DNA from: Saccostrea cucullata
Taxonomy: Eukaryota
Direction of reading: 5' to 3'
DNA length: 64,000 nucleotides
NCBI RefSeq assembly: GCF_032062105.1
Contig: NW_026918279.1
Span: 62,001-126,000, forward strand
The notes under the pieces were generated by a model. It did no database searches. It saw only the letters and a program-made list of their open reading frames with translations, and had not been told where the DNA came from. A program made the position numbers and the translations under genes. Below are positions 12,801-25,475 of this stretch, in pieces. Each line of letters begins with the position of its first letter. Position 1 is the first letter of the stretch.

Positions 12801-13663
12801 GTTTGAATAGTTGCAATTAAAAGATTAACATTAAATTTGCTTTTGCTGTTTTAACTGTCATAATCCCTACACAAGTCGTAGATTGTGCAATCTATGCATG
12901 TTTTAATCACTCGATCAACGTAAATATGAAATCTGTCGAATAGTATCGAAGTGTGTGAGAAAACTAGGCGTACATGCTAGCCAGACAAATGACCAGCAGA
13001 AGCTTAACTATTGCTTCCTTCCGTGGGCTAGTTGTTTTTTGTAAATACATCTTACATATACCGCAAAAAGACGTGACCCACATCTCTTCTGACTCCGAAG
13101 CGGTGAAAATCGACTCCCCCATACGTTGAAAACGACCCCTCTTACTTTTTAGCGACTCCCCCGCGTTACCCGTTGTATATTGTGTAATACGGACGCATTG
13201 AGGCTAAACGTAATATAGTAACCCCTATAGATTTAGAAAAGAAACTTTACTTTGGAATAAAATACGTAATGTTAATAAGTTCTATTGATAACCTTAATTC
13301 GAAATAGCTAAGGACAATTAACGCGAGTACACTTACGATGAAATACAATTAAAAGCAGCATTCAGCAGCACTCAACCGTTTGAGTCCGGTGATTTTTCTT
13401 TAAAACGTAAATAAATGCAATTGGGAAATAAACCCAAAAAAAAATTTTAACTTTCAAAAAATATTCAAGCTAATTTTCCAAGTTATGATCACTGTTATAG
13501 AAAAACGAAGACAAAATTAATTTGTTCGGGTTTGTTTTTCATTATTTTAGATCGAGATTAAACTTTTAAAATGGCGGCCTCATGATTTCGCTTATAATGA
13601 ATTACGGATATATTGAAATAATTTGCCTGGTCCCCTGAATTTCAATATATCCGGAGTAGGCTG
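9874..13663. mobile_element. Pogo/Tc1-mariner-type non-autonomous element hosting nested insertions
   Basis: Imperfect TIRs CAGCTTACTCCACTTATATTGAAAT / ATTTCAATATATCCGGAGTAGGCTG-TA. Confidence 0.55.
10604..13179. mobile_element. Non-autonomous DNA transposon with ~460-bp terminal inverted repeats
   Basis: 10604-11067 is the reverse complement of 12713-13179 (TATACAACGGGTAACGCGGGGGAGTCGC...); TA/TATA flanks; no transposase ORF inside. Confidence 0.85.
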
Positions 13664-13945
13664 TATATAACCATATAAGTTATGTCCTAACATATGCTAT
13701 AAGACTTATGACCCCTTCATTTTGATCATGTTTGACCTAATCTAAAAAGTCCACTTTTCTGATAACTTTTGAATGACATATTATAAGGCGTTCATAAAAC
13801 AATATACCACAAATATTGACAACTCACCCATAAAGACACTAATAGCGAGTGACAACAATTCTTCTGTACAAAAATTAAAGACTTGCAACAGTATTAATTG
13901 TAAATTGTATTAATTGAAAAAAAATGGGTTCTATACAAAGGTCTG

Positions 13946-15225
13946 GGGGTCGTAACATAAAGGCTATTTACGTCTAAGACCGTGCTTAAGTAGGACTTAA
14001 GTACAGTCTAAAACTTAAGACCGTAACTAGAAGCGTGCTAAGACTTGGTAATCTTAGCAAAACTTAGGCGGCCGGTAGAGGTGACTTAAGTATATCTTAA
14101 CTTTCTTGTACATATATTTAGAATTCTTTCATGTTGACTTTCGATGTTAAAATATTACTCTATTCATATTATGCATTAAAGAAAATAATTATCTCTATTT
14201 GACGCTGGTTTAAGAATTTTATCTTTTCGTGGGAGGGGGGGGGGGCTGATCACTGATTCCAATATCACTACCAACACAGCATACATGTACATATAAAATT
14301 TTATTTTAGGGATACGTCTGAAATTAGTGGGACCTCGGTTAAAGAATTAAATTGAAAACAGTAATAAACCATGGATCTGTATGTTTACTTTGAAAAAATG
14401 AGTTGAAATGATTTGTTAAATATAGAAAAGAAAGAGGATGATGACAGTAACAATAATATCATTAAAAGTATCTGTAGAACGCGACAAGTGCGAATTTAGA
14501 CAGGGCTCACTATAGTTAGAGAGAGAGAGAGAATTGCTGATAAGTGGAGATATACGAAAAAAATATCCCGATTTTTTTTTTGTATCCTTGATTAAATTGC
14601 AAATGAATATATCATAAAGCTTCTGCAGTTTTTGCTTCTGACATGCATGGCCTGATACAAAGCGGGGATTCAACATGTATTGAACTCTTTAGAGTTTCAA
14701 TTTTAAATAGATAAACGGTCGATTATCTTTTCTTGTCTGCGATAATAACAGGGTAAGTGAACATTTGTCAAAACAAAAGAGTTACAAAAGGTAAACTGAA
14801 AACATCTCAGGTGATATAACAATTGTCGTACAATTACAATGAACCACAAATCGCCACTTTCTGACAGTGCGGTATTGGTTTCCAAACATTCCGATTAATT
14901 TATAACAAATTTTAATTTTAATACGAAATCTAATCTAACATAACTTAAACCAATAGGTAAGGACGTCAACTTCAATATGTAATAAATTAAAACCTTAACT
15001 GAATCACTTTTAGCAGTATATCTATATAAAATCAGAAACCATAGGTTGACTCATATGAAATATTTTTAACATAAGTTTGACTTAGCTAGGACCTAGCTTA
15101 GTTTGCTTTATGTTACGGTTTAAGACATACTTAAGTAGTACTTAGGCAGGTCCTAAGATTGTGCCTAAAACGTACTTACGACCCTACTTAAGTCAAAAAC
15201 TTAGCAAGCTTTATGTTACGAGCCC
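13946..15225. mobile_element. PIF/Harbinger MITE
   Basis: TIR GGG(G/C)TCGTAACATAAAG; 3-bp CTG TSD (13943-45, 15226-28); removing it restores AAGGTCTGGTCACAAG of a satellite-like unit; CTTAAG subterminal repeats. Confidence 0.8.
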
Positions 15226-16371
15226 CTGGTCACAAGAATTACATATGTGAAGTATGAAAGACATAGACCTAGCCGTTCAAGGTATGGTCAAGGTTTAAGT
15301 TTGTCAATAAATATTTCTAGATTTACGATTGAATGTCGGTCCTTCTTCGTAATTAATTACTGCATAAATATCACAGGGTGAAGCTTACCTCAATATCGCA
15401 CAGGACATCGTTGAACTAAACGTAAGCTTGATAAAAACGCTTCACGTTTGTATTTTCCGAGTGCAAGAAATTAATTGTGACGTCACACGAAAATATAAAC
15501 ATTCAAAATTATCTAAATAGAGAGAATATCTGCTACTAAACACGAAAAAATATTAATTTTAAAAAATCTACTTTAGAAATTTATCACGATACATTGACTG
15601 TGACCTGTTTATTATGAAATAAACCTGATCATGACGGGTGTGTGTACTTGATGTCGCAAAACTGAGAATTCAAATACTACGTCTATGAGTTGTCACTGAT
15701 GTCAGACTGCAGGGTAAAGAGAAACAAATGTGTGGATTGGGCAACTTCACAATATCTAAATGATGGTAAGATCTTTAAAAATTTTATTAATAATAATTGC
15801 TAAAATTAAATGTTTAAAAAACAATTTTAGAATTTAGAATAAAATTACACAAGAACTGTTGATTTTAAGAACGTTTAACATGTATATCATCACCGATTAT
15901 GAAGTGATATGTCTTTTTAGTCATGTGACATGTGTCTTGTCTCCCCTTAAATTACACTGGAGAACATAAGTAACTTTTAGTCACGATACAAGATAATTAT
16001 CTCTTTTTATCGAGATATCTATCGCAAAAATACGATCATAGCTTATCTCGACTGTACTAGATAAAAGTCAATGTTGTACGACAAACCTGAAAGTTTTCAT
16101 CACTTGACGAGAAAAAATTATTTGGATGGCATAAATGTGCCACCATAACATGTTTCTTCTCAGTCTTTTTGAAATGGTAGAAATACTTCTTTGATTCTAA
16201 ACAAGACTTGAATTGAGAAATGGTCCAAGTACTAGCCTCTTTGTTGCTGTGGTCATATCAAATGGATAATTGCGTGACCTTCTACCTGCGTTGTTGTTTT
16301 TATTTATAGGCTGGGAAAAGTGTTTACTTAGCTTATGAACCTAATTTCATGTAAATAACTAGCTATTAGTA

Positions 16372-17443
16372 CGAGGGTCATTCAAAAAAATACGTAGACA
16401 ATGTTCCTTCTCATCATATTATTTTTACAAATCTTAATATCAGTGCTTTTTTAAATGTAAAAAGATATATTTTATAGATTTCTGAAGTTTCATTCTATTT
16501 GATTAAACGGAACTCATACTAGACAAATTTAAATGCAACATGTTTTGTCACCACGGAGCACGGTCAAAAACTGTGTAACGTCAAAAAATACGTCAAAGAT
16601 CATTTCTCAAACTCACAGTGCCTTTTCATTTTATACATGGTTTGTATCGTATTCCTCATTCATTAAAATGTTTCCAGAACACTTGACACCTAGTATGCTA
16701 TCAATAATTTGAGTATAATTTAAATAAGATTGTCAATGTTTTCAAATCCTTTACCATGTAACTCTGCTCTTACAGGTTCCGCAACAGTGAAGTGCACATC
16801 ACGTTTCATGACGTTACTAACTCTTTTGAAAAGATTTTTAACTATAATCTGTTTTTTGCAGAACGCCCATCGCCCAATTTAAAGTCTTTACGCCTCAAAA
16901 ATTGTCTGTTCTATTATAAACAAATGCACGACTCATTTTATGTATTTTCCCTGGTCTCTCCAGCATTTTCGGTGTTTGTTTCAAAAGTTTCGAAATGCAA
17001 AACAAAATTATATTGCTACCCGCTGCTCCGTGACGTCCTTCGACGTCATGATTTTTTGCTTTTTTAAATAAAGACTGTCTGTCGATAGAAATGGATATCT
17101 TTTAAACAAAGCAATGTATTACATTAACTTTTTGCTTTTGAAGAAATGAAACAATAGTAAATTTGAGTATGTAAATTTTATTTCATTTAAGGACAATTTT
17201 AAAGAGGTATGGCTATAGATATGAAAAGCGAAAAATCAGTCAATAACTCAATATTGACCCTGCTCCGTAACCCCATTTTTGCTGCCTTAAATCTTTGATA
17301 TTTTTGACAAACATCAAGATATATTCCAATGTCTTTTCTCAAAATATTTGAATCTGTTGTTAAAATGTACCAATTTTGGTTTAAATATGACGTTAAATAA
17401 AAAAGTTATGACAAAAGTCTACGAACTTTTTAAATAACCCTCG
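16372..17443. mobile_element. Mariner-type MITE
   Basis: TA-CGAGGGTCATTCAAAAAAATACGTAGAC ... GTCTACGAACTTTTTAAATAACCCTCG-TA; a related lone TIR at ~8101. Confidence 0.8.
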
Positions 17444-18732
17444 TAAATAGATTATTTTTGAATTTGTTTTTATAGGTTAGTTTTCAATTGAAATAATTAC
17501 CCCCTAAAAAGAGTACATTTTTTAAGAATACTGAAATTATTCCATATCATTTTATCTGGGTATAGAAGATAACCTTGGTCACAAATATTATTAATCATTT
17601 GGTTGCATTTTCGCTCACATTTTCACACGAATTGCATTTATATTTTTTTCTCTTATTTTTATTACACCTTCTTTAGAAACTTATCAACCTATCAGTTGAA
17701 AAATCGTTTTAAAAATCAATAATATAAAGTTGTACTTACCGGTATTTTTTTTCAACTTGAAACCTTAATTTTGTTTAATTTTATAGAAAAAAGTTGCTTT
17801 AAAACAGTAAATATGCTTCATTTTAGCATGAAACGCGAAGTATCGAGCAATGGAAAACCCAGGTCGACCCACTCATATGAATAAAAAAATTTTTAAAAAA
17901 AACAAACAATACTTCCATGTCTCGTTGACAGGTTTGTAATGTCCAGACCACTACTGACTGTGTAACAGCTGCTGCCATTATTTATCGATATGTCAGATTT
18001 TCTATCTGTAATATAGCACAACAATAGTTAATAATACATGGTTTCACCTGTAGGCGTGACAGTTTTCATTAACCATTATTTGCCTACATTTTATGTATGT
18101 GTAGTTTGCTTATTTTATTATTAAACATATTTCATATGTACATTTTAAAGATTTTAAGTTTTTATACAAATTATTTTTTGAGTAAAGTTTTGATATATTT
18201 GACGTAGCAAATTATTTTCTTTCCTTCTAGTTGTTTTAGCTATTATTTAATGAAAAAGAAATTCAATCAGAAAATGATCGTTTTAGCACATGCATGTAAA
18301 CATTAAAATATTCCACGGGATATAGATAGATCATGAAAGTCATTAAAGCTAAGCTTAAGAGCCGCATTAAATTAATCTGCTTAATTATATTTCAAGCTTA
18401 CCCTATTTATTGTATGTTTGAATTAATCAAGTTATCTGTGTTAATAATTGTTAACACGACAGGTCAATTTGTTAAAAATAGAAAAAGGAATGTTTACTCT
18501 TTCGAATTCATACATGTGGATATAAGAAATAGTCAAAATCAGATGGATAAAACATGCATGGGTTGTACAAGGATCATATTATACTTACCATTATTTCCAA
18601 GACTGTAACATTGTCACAAAAGGTAAACGAAATTTAAAATATTTAAGAAAAGGTTTTTTTCTTTTTAAAACCATTTTTGACGAAAGAAGAATAAAAAAGA
18701 TCCTCGATGGTAAGCTAAATTTCCTTCTTTAA

Positions 18733-20473
18733 GAGCCATTCTCTGTAATGATTTGAAATTTTATATAGGAGCTGTGGCACGCATAGTCTCAGAATTTCTC
18801 CAAACTCTCTATGATAAAAGTCATTGATACCCTGAACTGAAATCAGGCAAAAATTGGTTGCTATGTTTTATAGTTACCATGGCAACATGTCTTAAAGTTC
18901 GAAAAATGGCATTTTTTAACATGTTTAGAACCCCATAGTTAACATTTGCGGCAAAGCAAACAATTGGCAATGACTGTTTCCAAAAGTTGAAGGTCAGATG
19001 TCTCAAATGTATGATAAACATGTTTGGTAAATCAACTATTACATACGTTACTATGGTAACAAAGTATTCAAAAGTAAAAAAAAATATTCATTGAATCATA
19101 TAAAGTCATACACGTAAAAATAAAAAAGAATTATAGGATGAAATGTGACCAAATAATAGAAAAAAGAGCCTTGAAACATATACCAAGAACAAAATATGAT
19201 ATTTCATTTTGGTTGGCAATGGTTGTCAAGGTTTTTATACCACAGAGAGCCTTCAAAGTAACACTCTGCTTGTTTAAATCTGAACCTATCTTTTAAAAAA
19301 GCACATTTCCTCATATCTAATGATCAATTTTTAAAGATGTTGGTGTGCTCCTAGCTTTCCCATTTGAAAAAATTCAGATTAGATTCTTTAAATAGAGCGT
19401 TGCTATGGAGATAAGCAGAAAATATATGCTTAAAAACCTGAAAAATATTTTCTTTCCTTGGATACGTACTCTTATATGTAGATTCCCAAAACTTTTATGA
19501 TTGATATTTATTAACAGATAACCTGACTTTTAATTTTGACTATCATCCAATCTCTAAGTGGATGCAAGAAGTTGAAACAGGGTTTAATATTGATAAAAAG
19601 TTCACAAAATTGAACATTTTCCCTTCTTGGTTACCATAGCAACAGTGTTGTTTTCTTCATCAACTTTTATCAATATATGATATTCAACTTCAGTTCTAAC
19701 AGATAAGTACTATTCAAGCTGAATCCTTTAATTTGTTTCTTGATTATATGGCAGTTTAATTCTTAATGCAGTGAAAAATAATTCACTTTTAAGCACTGGT
19801 ACTTTATTTCCATGGTAACACTGCAAAGTAGCAATTTTACCCAATTTTTCTTATGGTTTTGGTGTTGCAAGGTCCTAAGGATGCATATTTGCCAGTCTTG
19901 AATTTTCATGTTTTTCCTCAAGACAGTAGCATTAACCCAATCTTAGTTACTGGTTTTGCATAGTTACACTGTGTTACCATGGCAACCATAAAATTTATTT
20001 ATAAAATAATATTGCTTATACTTGTATACTAAAGATCAAACATTTTCATTGTTTTTCTTAAGTCGATGATTGAGTTTTAGCATGTAACACCTACCATTAG
20101 TGAATATGGAGTGTTTTTCAGCATATTTCAGCATTTTAAATGTATTCCAAATGTACCCTTGGTTACCACTTACTTAGAGATATATTCTAAACAGTTTCTT
20201 TACAGTATAAGTGACATCAAGGTGTCATGTTTTTGTTAGAATGGTTTGTTTGCTTTTTCTAGTTTTTAAGTCTAGTTTTAGTCAGGATTTAAAGTGGCTG
20301 AAAATCTCGATTTTTCAAATTTTTCCGGCTGTTGCCATAGCAACCGAGACACTTAGCAACGAAATTTTGTTTGATATTTGTTTCTGGTGTCAAGTACTAG
20401 GCATGGGTGAAGTTTCATCAAAATCGGTGACCATGCGTGGCAACGAAGTTTAAGTGGTTACAGAGAATGGCAA
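18733..20473. mobile_element. Kolobok-like non-autonomous DNA transposon
   Basis: TTAA flanks; TIR GCCATTCTCTGTAA / TTACAGAGAATGGC; internal repeated GTTRCYATRGYAAC palindromes. Confidence 0.65.
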
Positions 20474-21835
20474 TTAAAAATCATTTCGATGATGGTATAC
20501 TCTTGGCTAGAAAAAGGTCTTCAAGAGTCTTCAAAATAAGTTTATATAGGTTTTAAAGGTAAAGGTCTAAAATTCACCAAAAGAACTTTAAATGAAAGTG
20601 TTGAAAATATTTTCGTAAGATAAGAAGTGGAATATCTATTCATATTATTTAGTTTTCTAGTTTTTTTTCATGTTCTTCTTATCGCTTTTCTATGTTAAAG
20701 TATTATACTAATCTAGAACGAGAGTTCATGTTGAAGGTTTCATAAAATTAAAATACTGTATTGGAAAATATTTCCAATATTAGATAACTGTTGTGCCGTT
20801 CAAGCATCTACCTCCGTTGCAAATATTATGGTTCATTTCATAACAAAAAAGGTACATTCGTCAATTTAAAAAAAAAAGATGTCTTTAAAATTAATCTTCA
20901 AATATTTTTTTTTCTTTTTTTAATATTTTCATGCAATTTTGAATATTCCTCAAGGCATTGTCTAATATATACTAGCTGTCTTATGTTAACAGCTGTTAAA
21001 AAGCATGTTTTTTTTGGGGGGGGGGCTAAAAAATGGTAATTCACGAACTGTGGTCGATCTCATTACATCAATACCTATCCCGAGTAAAAGAAAAACTTGA
21101 AAGTAAAGACAACAGTCTAGAAGCTTCTATCAGGATAGAGACATATCAATTATACCAATACGACGTATAATTTATTCTTATAAATTAGATTTCTAACGAA
21201 ATTTTTCACATTTGCAATTCCATTCTACTTTGTAAGGATTATGGGATTTAATTGTATTATAAATGTATCTAACCGTGAGTTCTAGACAAGTAAATTGTCC
21301 AAAGATTATTTCAATTTTCATGTCGTTAGCAATGAATAATGCTTTATAAAAGGTCATTTGAAGTATTGTCACTTTGATTCGAGCGTGTTCCGAACAGCAA
21401 ATGACTACAGTCAATCGTTTAATAACCGTGCAGCTGTATTTTATTGGAATCTGTTGGTCTGGCCCTTGGATGTTCAAGTTTGAATCATGTGTAGGTATTA
21501 TTACTTTAATTACTTTTTTAGTTTTCTAAGCACTTAAAATTATTGTATTTTCATGGTAAAAGAATTCTACCTCCCATTACTTTGTATTTAATAATGTTTT
21601 TTTTTTTCATCACATTATAGTCATATATTTACATCCACTGGATATTTTCTCCTTTATTTCTTAAGAAACCCCATTGCGTTCATCACTGCATAAACTACAG
21701 TAGGCAGGTCGCCTGTACAGATTTCTTAATCAGTGGCTGTTCCATCAATGAAACGTATAAAGACGTTCGCATCATTAATACAATAATTAATCTTTTTAAT
21801 CCTACCTTAATTGATTATTTAAACAGATATAAATA

Positions 21836-22000
21836 TAAACAATAAAATGCTTTCTTTGTTTGTTGTTACCGGAATGAACGGTCGCAGCTATTGCAGAAAA
21901 AATTCACATAACCCGCTTACGCGGGTTATGTATTTTTTTCTGCAGCAGCTGCTTCCGTTCATTCCAGTAACAACAAGCAAAGAAAGCATTTTATTGTTTA
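21836..22000. repeat. Palindromic foldback MITE (~165 bp)
   Basis: TAAACAATAAAATGCTTTCTTTG...CAAAGAAAGCATTTTATTGTTTA folds around CATAACCCGC-TTAC-GCGGGTTATG. Confidence 0.8.
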
Positions 22001-22227
22001 AATAATAAAGAATCAGGAAATGTTTTAGATGAGGTTTTTTTGTTTGTTTTTTTAAGGCAAAACTTAATTATGGTCTTGTCTGTATTATAAACATATGTCA
22101 CTATCTCAACTAAATGCTTATAATTGATATGAGTATGAACTTATTACCCGTAATACTTATAGCACATTTATGACAAGGAATTTTTTTTTATAATATTTTT
22201 ACTTTCAACAAGATATTGTTAAATAGA

Positions 22228-22230
<3 letters not shown>

Positions 22231-22288
<58 letters not shown>
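22231..22288. repeat. (TA)n microsatellite
   Basis: Direct read; further (TA)n tracts at 23938-23982 and 24725-24737. Confidence 0.95.
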
Positions 22289-22292
<4 letters not shown>

Positions 22293-23937
22293 CACAATTT
22301 ACAACAACTCTTAAACTAATATAACTGCCCTAAGTGAAGAAATATTAATATAGAAAGCACAAAGAAATTCACTTTTACATGGATACCCACTTCCGCCCCA
22401 GCCCGGGGTTGAACTCTCGACCTTCGGAATCTGTCTCCTAGCAGTGCAGGAACAGCGCGCTAGACCGCTCGGCTATCTAGGCAAGTCAAAAAACTTGCTT
22501 TCGATGCCGATGGAATTCTCGCGGCGCTGCCCTACACTACACGGTCATTGAGAATAGAAGTGAGATACAGTTATTTGGACATTAGTTTTAACAGAGGATT
22601 GTTACCAATACATGTTGTAATGAAATTAATTATTATTTATAAAGCACAATTTACAACAACTCTTAAACTAATATAACTGCCCTAAGTGAAGAAATATTAA
22701 TATAGAAAGCACAAAGAAATTCACTTTTACATGGATACCCACTTCCGCCCCAGCCCGGGGTTGAACTCTCGACCTTCGGAATCTGTCTCCTAGCAGTGCA
22801 GGAACAGCGCGCTAGACCGCTCGGCTATCTAGGCAAGTCAAAAAACTTGCTTTCGATGCCGATGGAATTCTCGCGGCGCTGCCCTACACTACACGGTCAT
22901 TGAGAATAGAAGTGAGATACAGTTATTTGGACATTAGTTTTAACAGAGGATTGTTACCAATACATGTTGTAATGAAATTAATTATTATTTATAAAGCACA
23001 ATTTACAACAACTCTTAAACTAATATAACTGCCCTAAGTGAAGAAATATTAATATAGAAAGCACAAAGAAATTCACTTTTACATGGATACCCACTTCCGC
23101 CCCAGCCCGGGGTTGAACTCTCGACCTTCGGAATCTGTCTCCTAGCAGTGCAGGAACAGCGCGCTAGACCGCTCGGCTATCTAGGCAAGTCAAAAAACTT
23201 GCTTTCGATGCCGATGGAATTCTTTGTGCTTTCTATATTAATATTTCTTCACTTAGGGCAGTTATATTAGTTCAAGAGTTGTTGTAAATTGTGCTTTATA
23301 AATAATAATTAATTTCATTACAACATGTATTTGTAACAATCCTCTGTTAAAACTAATGTCCAAATAACTGTATCTCACTTCTATTCTCAATGACCGTGTA
23401 GTGTAGGGCAGCGCCGCGAGAATTCCATCGGCATCGAAAGCAAGTTTTTTGACTTGCCTAGATAGCCGAGCGGTCTAGCGCGCTGTTCCTGCACTGCTAG
23501 GAGACAGATTCCGAAGGTCGAGAGTTCAACCCCGGGCTGGGGCGGAAGTGGGTATCCATGTAAAAGTGAATTTCTTTGTGCTTTCTATATTAATATTTCT
23601 TCACTTAGGGCAGTTATATTAGTTTAAGAGTTGTTGTAAATTGTGCTTTATAAATAATAATTAATTTCATTACAACATGTATTGGTAACAATCCTCTGTT
23701 AAAACTAATGTCCAAATAACTGTATCTCACTTCTATTCTCAATGACCGTGTAGTGTAGGGCAGCGCCGCGAGAATTCCATCGGCATCGAAAGCAAGTTTT
23801 TTGACTTGCCTAGATAGCCGAGCGGTCTAGCGCGCTGTTCCTGCACTGCTAGGAGACAGATTCCGAAGGTCGAGAGTTCAACCCCGGGCTGGGGCGGAAG
23901 TGGGTATCCATGTAAAAGTGAATTTCTTTGTGCTTTC

Positions 23938-23940
<3 letters not shown>
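22289..23940. repeat. Tandem + inverted array of a 352-bp unit containing a tRNA-derived segment
   Basis: Units start at 22289, 22641, 22993; inversion at GAATTC ~23217-23222; about two inverted units to 23940; each carries A box TAGCCGAGCGG and B-box-like AGTTCAACCC. Confidence 0.9.
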
Positions 23941-23981
<41 letters not shown>

Positions 23982-23985
<4 letters not shown>

Positions 23986-24725
23986 GGACTCCAAAGTGCG
24001 ATGGGACTCCAAAGTCCGATGGTCTGCGCCAAACCCCGATGGTTTGACACGCCAAAGTCCTATGGCGCAGAAAACAATAAACGTCTATGACGTCATAGTA
24101 CTACTGAGTAAGAATGCGATGCCACGCCATGCCAATAAAAAAATACAAAATATCATAAATACAAGGACTAACCCTCGTCTTTTGGATGTAGGTAAAAAAC
24201 TAAGACTTATCAGTCGAACAGTGAGTATCAACTCTAACCTAACTATCATAGGTAGGTGCAGGACTATTCTAAATCAGCCCAGTAGTGTGCGAGGACTTAC
24301 CTTAAAATCTCTCGGGTGGGCTCGAAGAAACACCTTACTTTTCAAGGACTAACCCTTAACACCCCGGTGGTGTACGAGGAATAACCCTAATACCTCTTGT
24401 GGGTGAAAACAAAAAGCAATATCCGTAAAAACGTATGTGAGACGAATACTGAATCAATGGATTTTGAATGCAGGACAACGTCATGACGTCGGACTAGTGT
24501 GACGTCATAAACGTTAAATGTTCCTCCGCACCATCGGACTTTGGCGTATCAGACCATCGCACTTTAGCGTCGCGCGTCTCATAGGAAATGAGCCATCGGA
24601 CTTTGGCGTGACCATCGGACTTTCGGGTCCGTAAAGACAGCGATCCATCGGGGTTTGGCGCAGGCCATCGGGGTTTGGCGAGACCATCGGACTTTGGCGT
24701 CACCATCGCACTTTAGAGTCTTACA
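23982..24725. mobile_element. Non-autonomous TGT...ACA DNA transposon (Ginger-like) in (TA)n
   Basis: TIR TGTAGGACTCCAAAGTGCGATGG / CCATCGCACTTTAGAGTCTTACA; subterminal CCAAAGTCCGATGG repeats inverted at the two ends. Confidence 0.75.
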
Positions 24726-24858
24726 TATATATATATAAAGCACAAAAAAACCAACAACACTGTATATCCTAAATGTCGGATCTGCCAAGTAGATACAAGG
24801 TCACGGATGGAAATTTATATAAAGCACTAAAAATGACCAACGACACGAACAATAAAAA

Positions 24859-24899
24859 TTGTCAAATTTTCGGGACGCCCTGTCCCTTCCTTAGGACAA
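24859..24899 (-). ncRNA. Minimal type-I hammerhead-like motif in the pseudo-LTR (second copy 26696-26736, +)
   Basis: TTGTC-CTAAGGA-A-GGGAC agggc GTCCC-GAAA-ATTT-GACAA: stems I and II pair; core reads CUAAGGA rather than CUGANGA. Confidence 0.55.
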
Positions 24900-25475
24900 A
24901 GAAAAAAGTTATAAAGTCATAAGAACAAAGGAAAAATAGACACAAAAACAACTAGCACTACTACTAAACACTAGATATTTACATACTTAATTACATGTTG
25001 AATTCGAAATTTTTAAGAACACTAATAAAGAAAGAACTCCGGACCGCTATGAAATGCGTCCGTTCTATCGGGTATACTCGGGTGAAGTGCGATTTACATA
25101 ATTGAACGAATTAATTATGCTAATTAATTACGACAATCAGTAAATCGTACATTGTTTCATTCTCTCAAAATGGCGTAACTTTACGTAATAAAGAATAATC
25201 AAAGAAAAATAAGATGGCAGGGATATTTAAACATATGAATTATGATCCATTATAAATTTTGAAATATTTAAAGACTTATTACCGGGAAAAAATAATTAAC
25301 AAAGGTGAAAGCAATACATAGTTATGTGGGTTGTTCGAGAGTTGGTGACGCAAATTGACTGTACAGTTTACACTAAGTTGAGAGAATAAGCTTGTTTAGT
25401 ATCATCAGGAATTGGGTCTAGTTTACGTTCATTCAGTTTGTTAATACCATTAGGGCGGAATGACTTCAATCTGTG

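Noticed and set aside
22480-22560. Ribozyme (hammerhead or HDV-like) in the 352-bp unit
   Set aside because: A GCAAGT/ACTTGC hairpin next to GAAA exists, but I found no CUGANGA core or complete pseudoknot; needs a covariance search.
23456-23545. Functional tRNA genes in the 352-bp array, and at 34704
   Set aside because: A and B boxes are present but the anticodon arm is abnormal and the acceptor and T stems are imperfect; treated as tRNA-derived.
23849-24788. ORFs with PKSDG/KVRW repeats
   Set aside because: Translations of transposon subterminal repeats.
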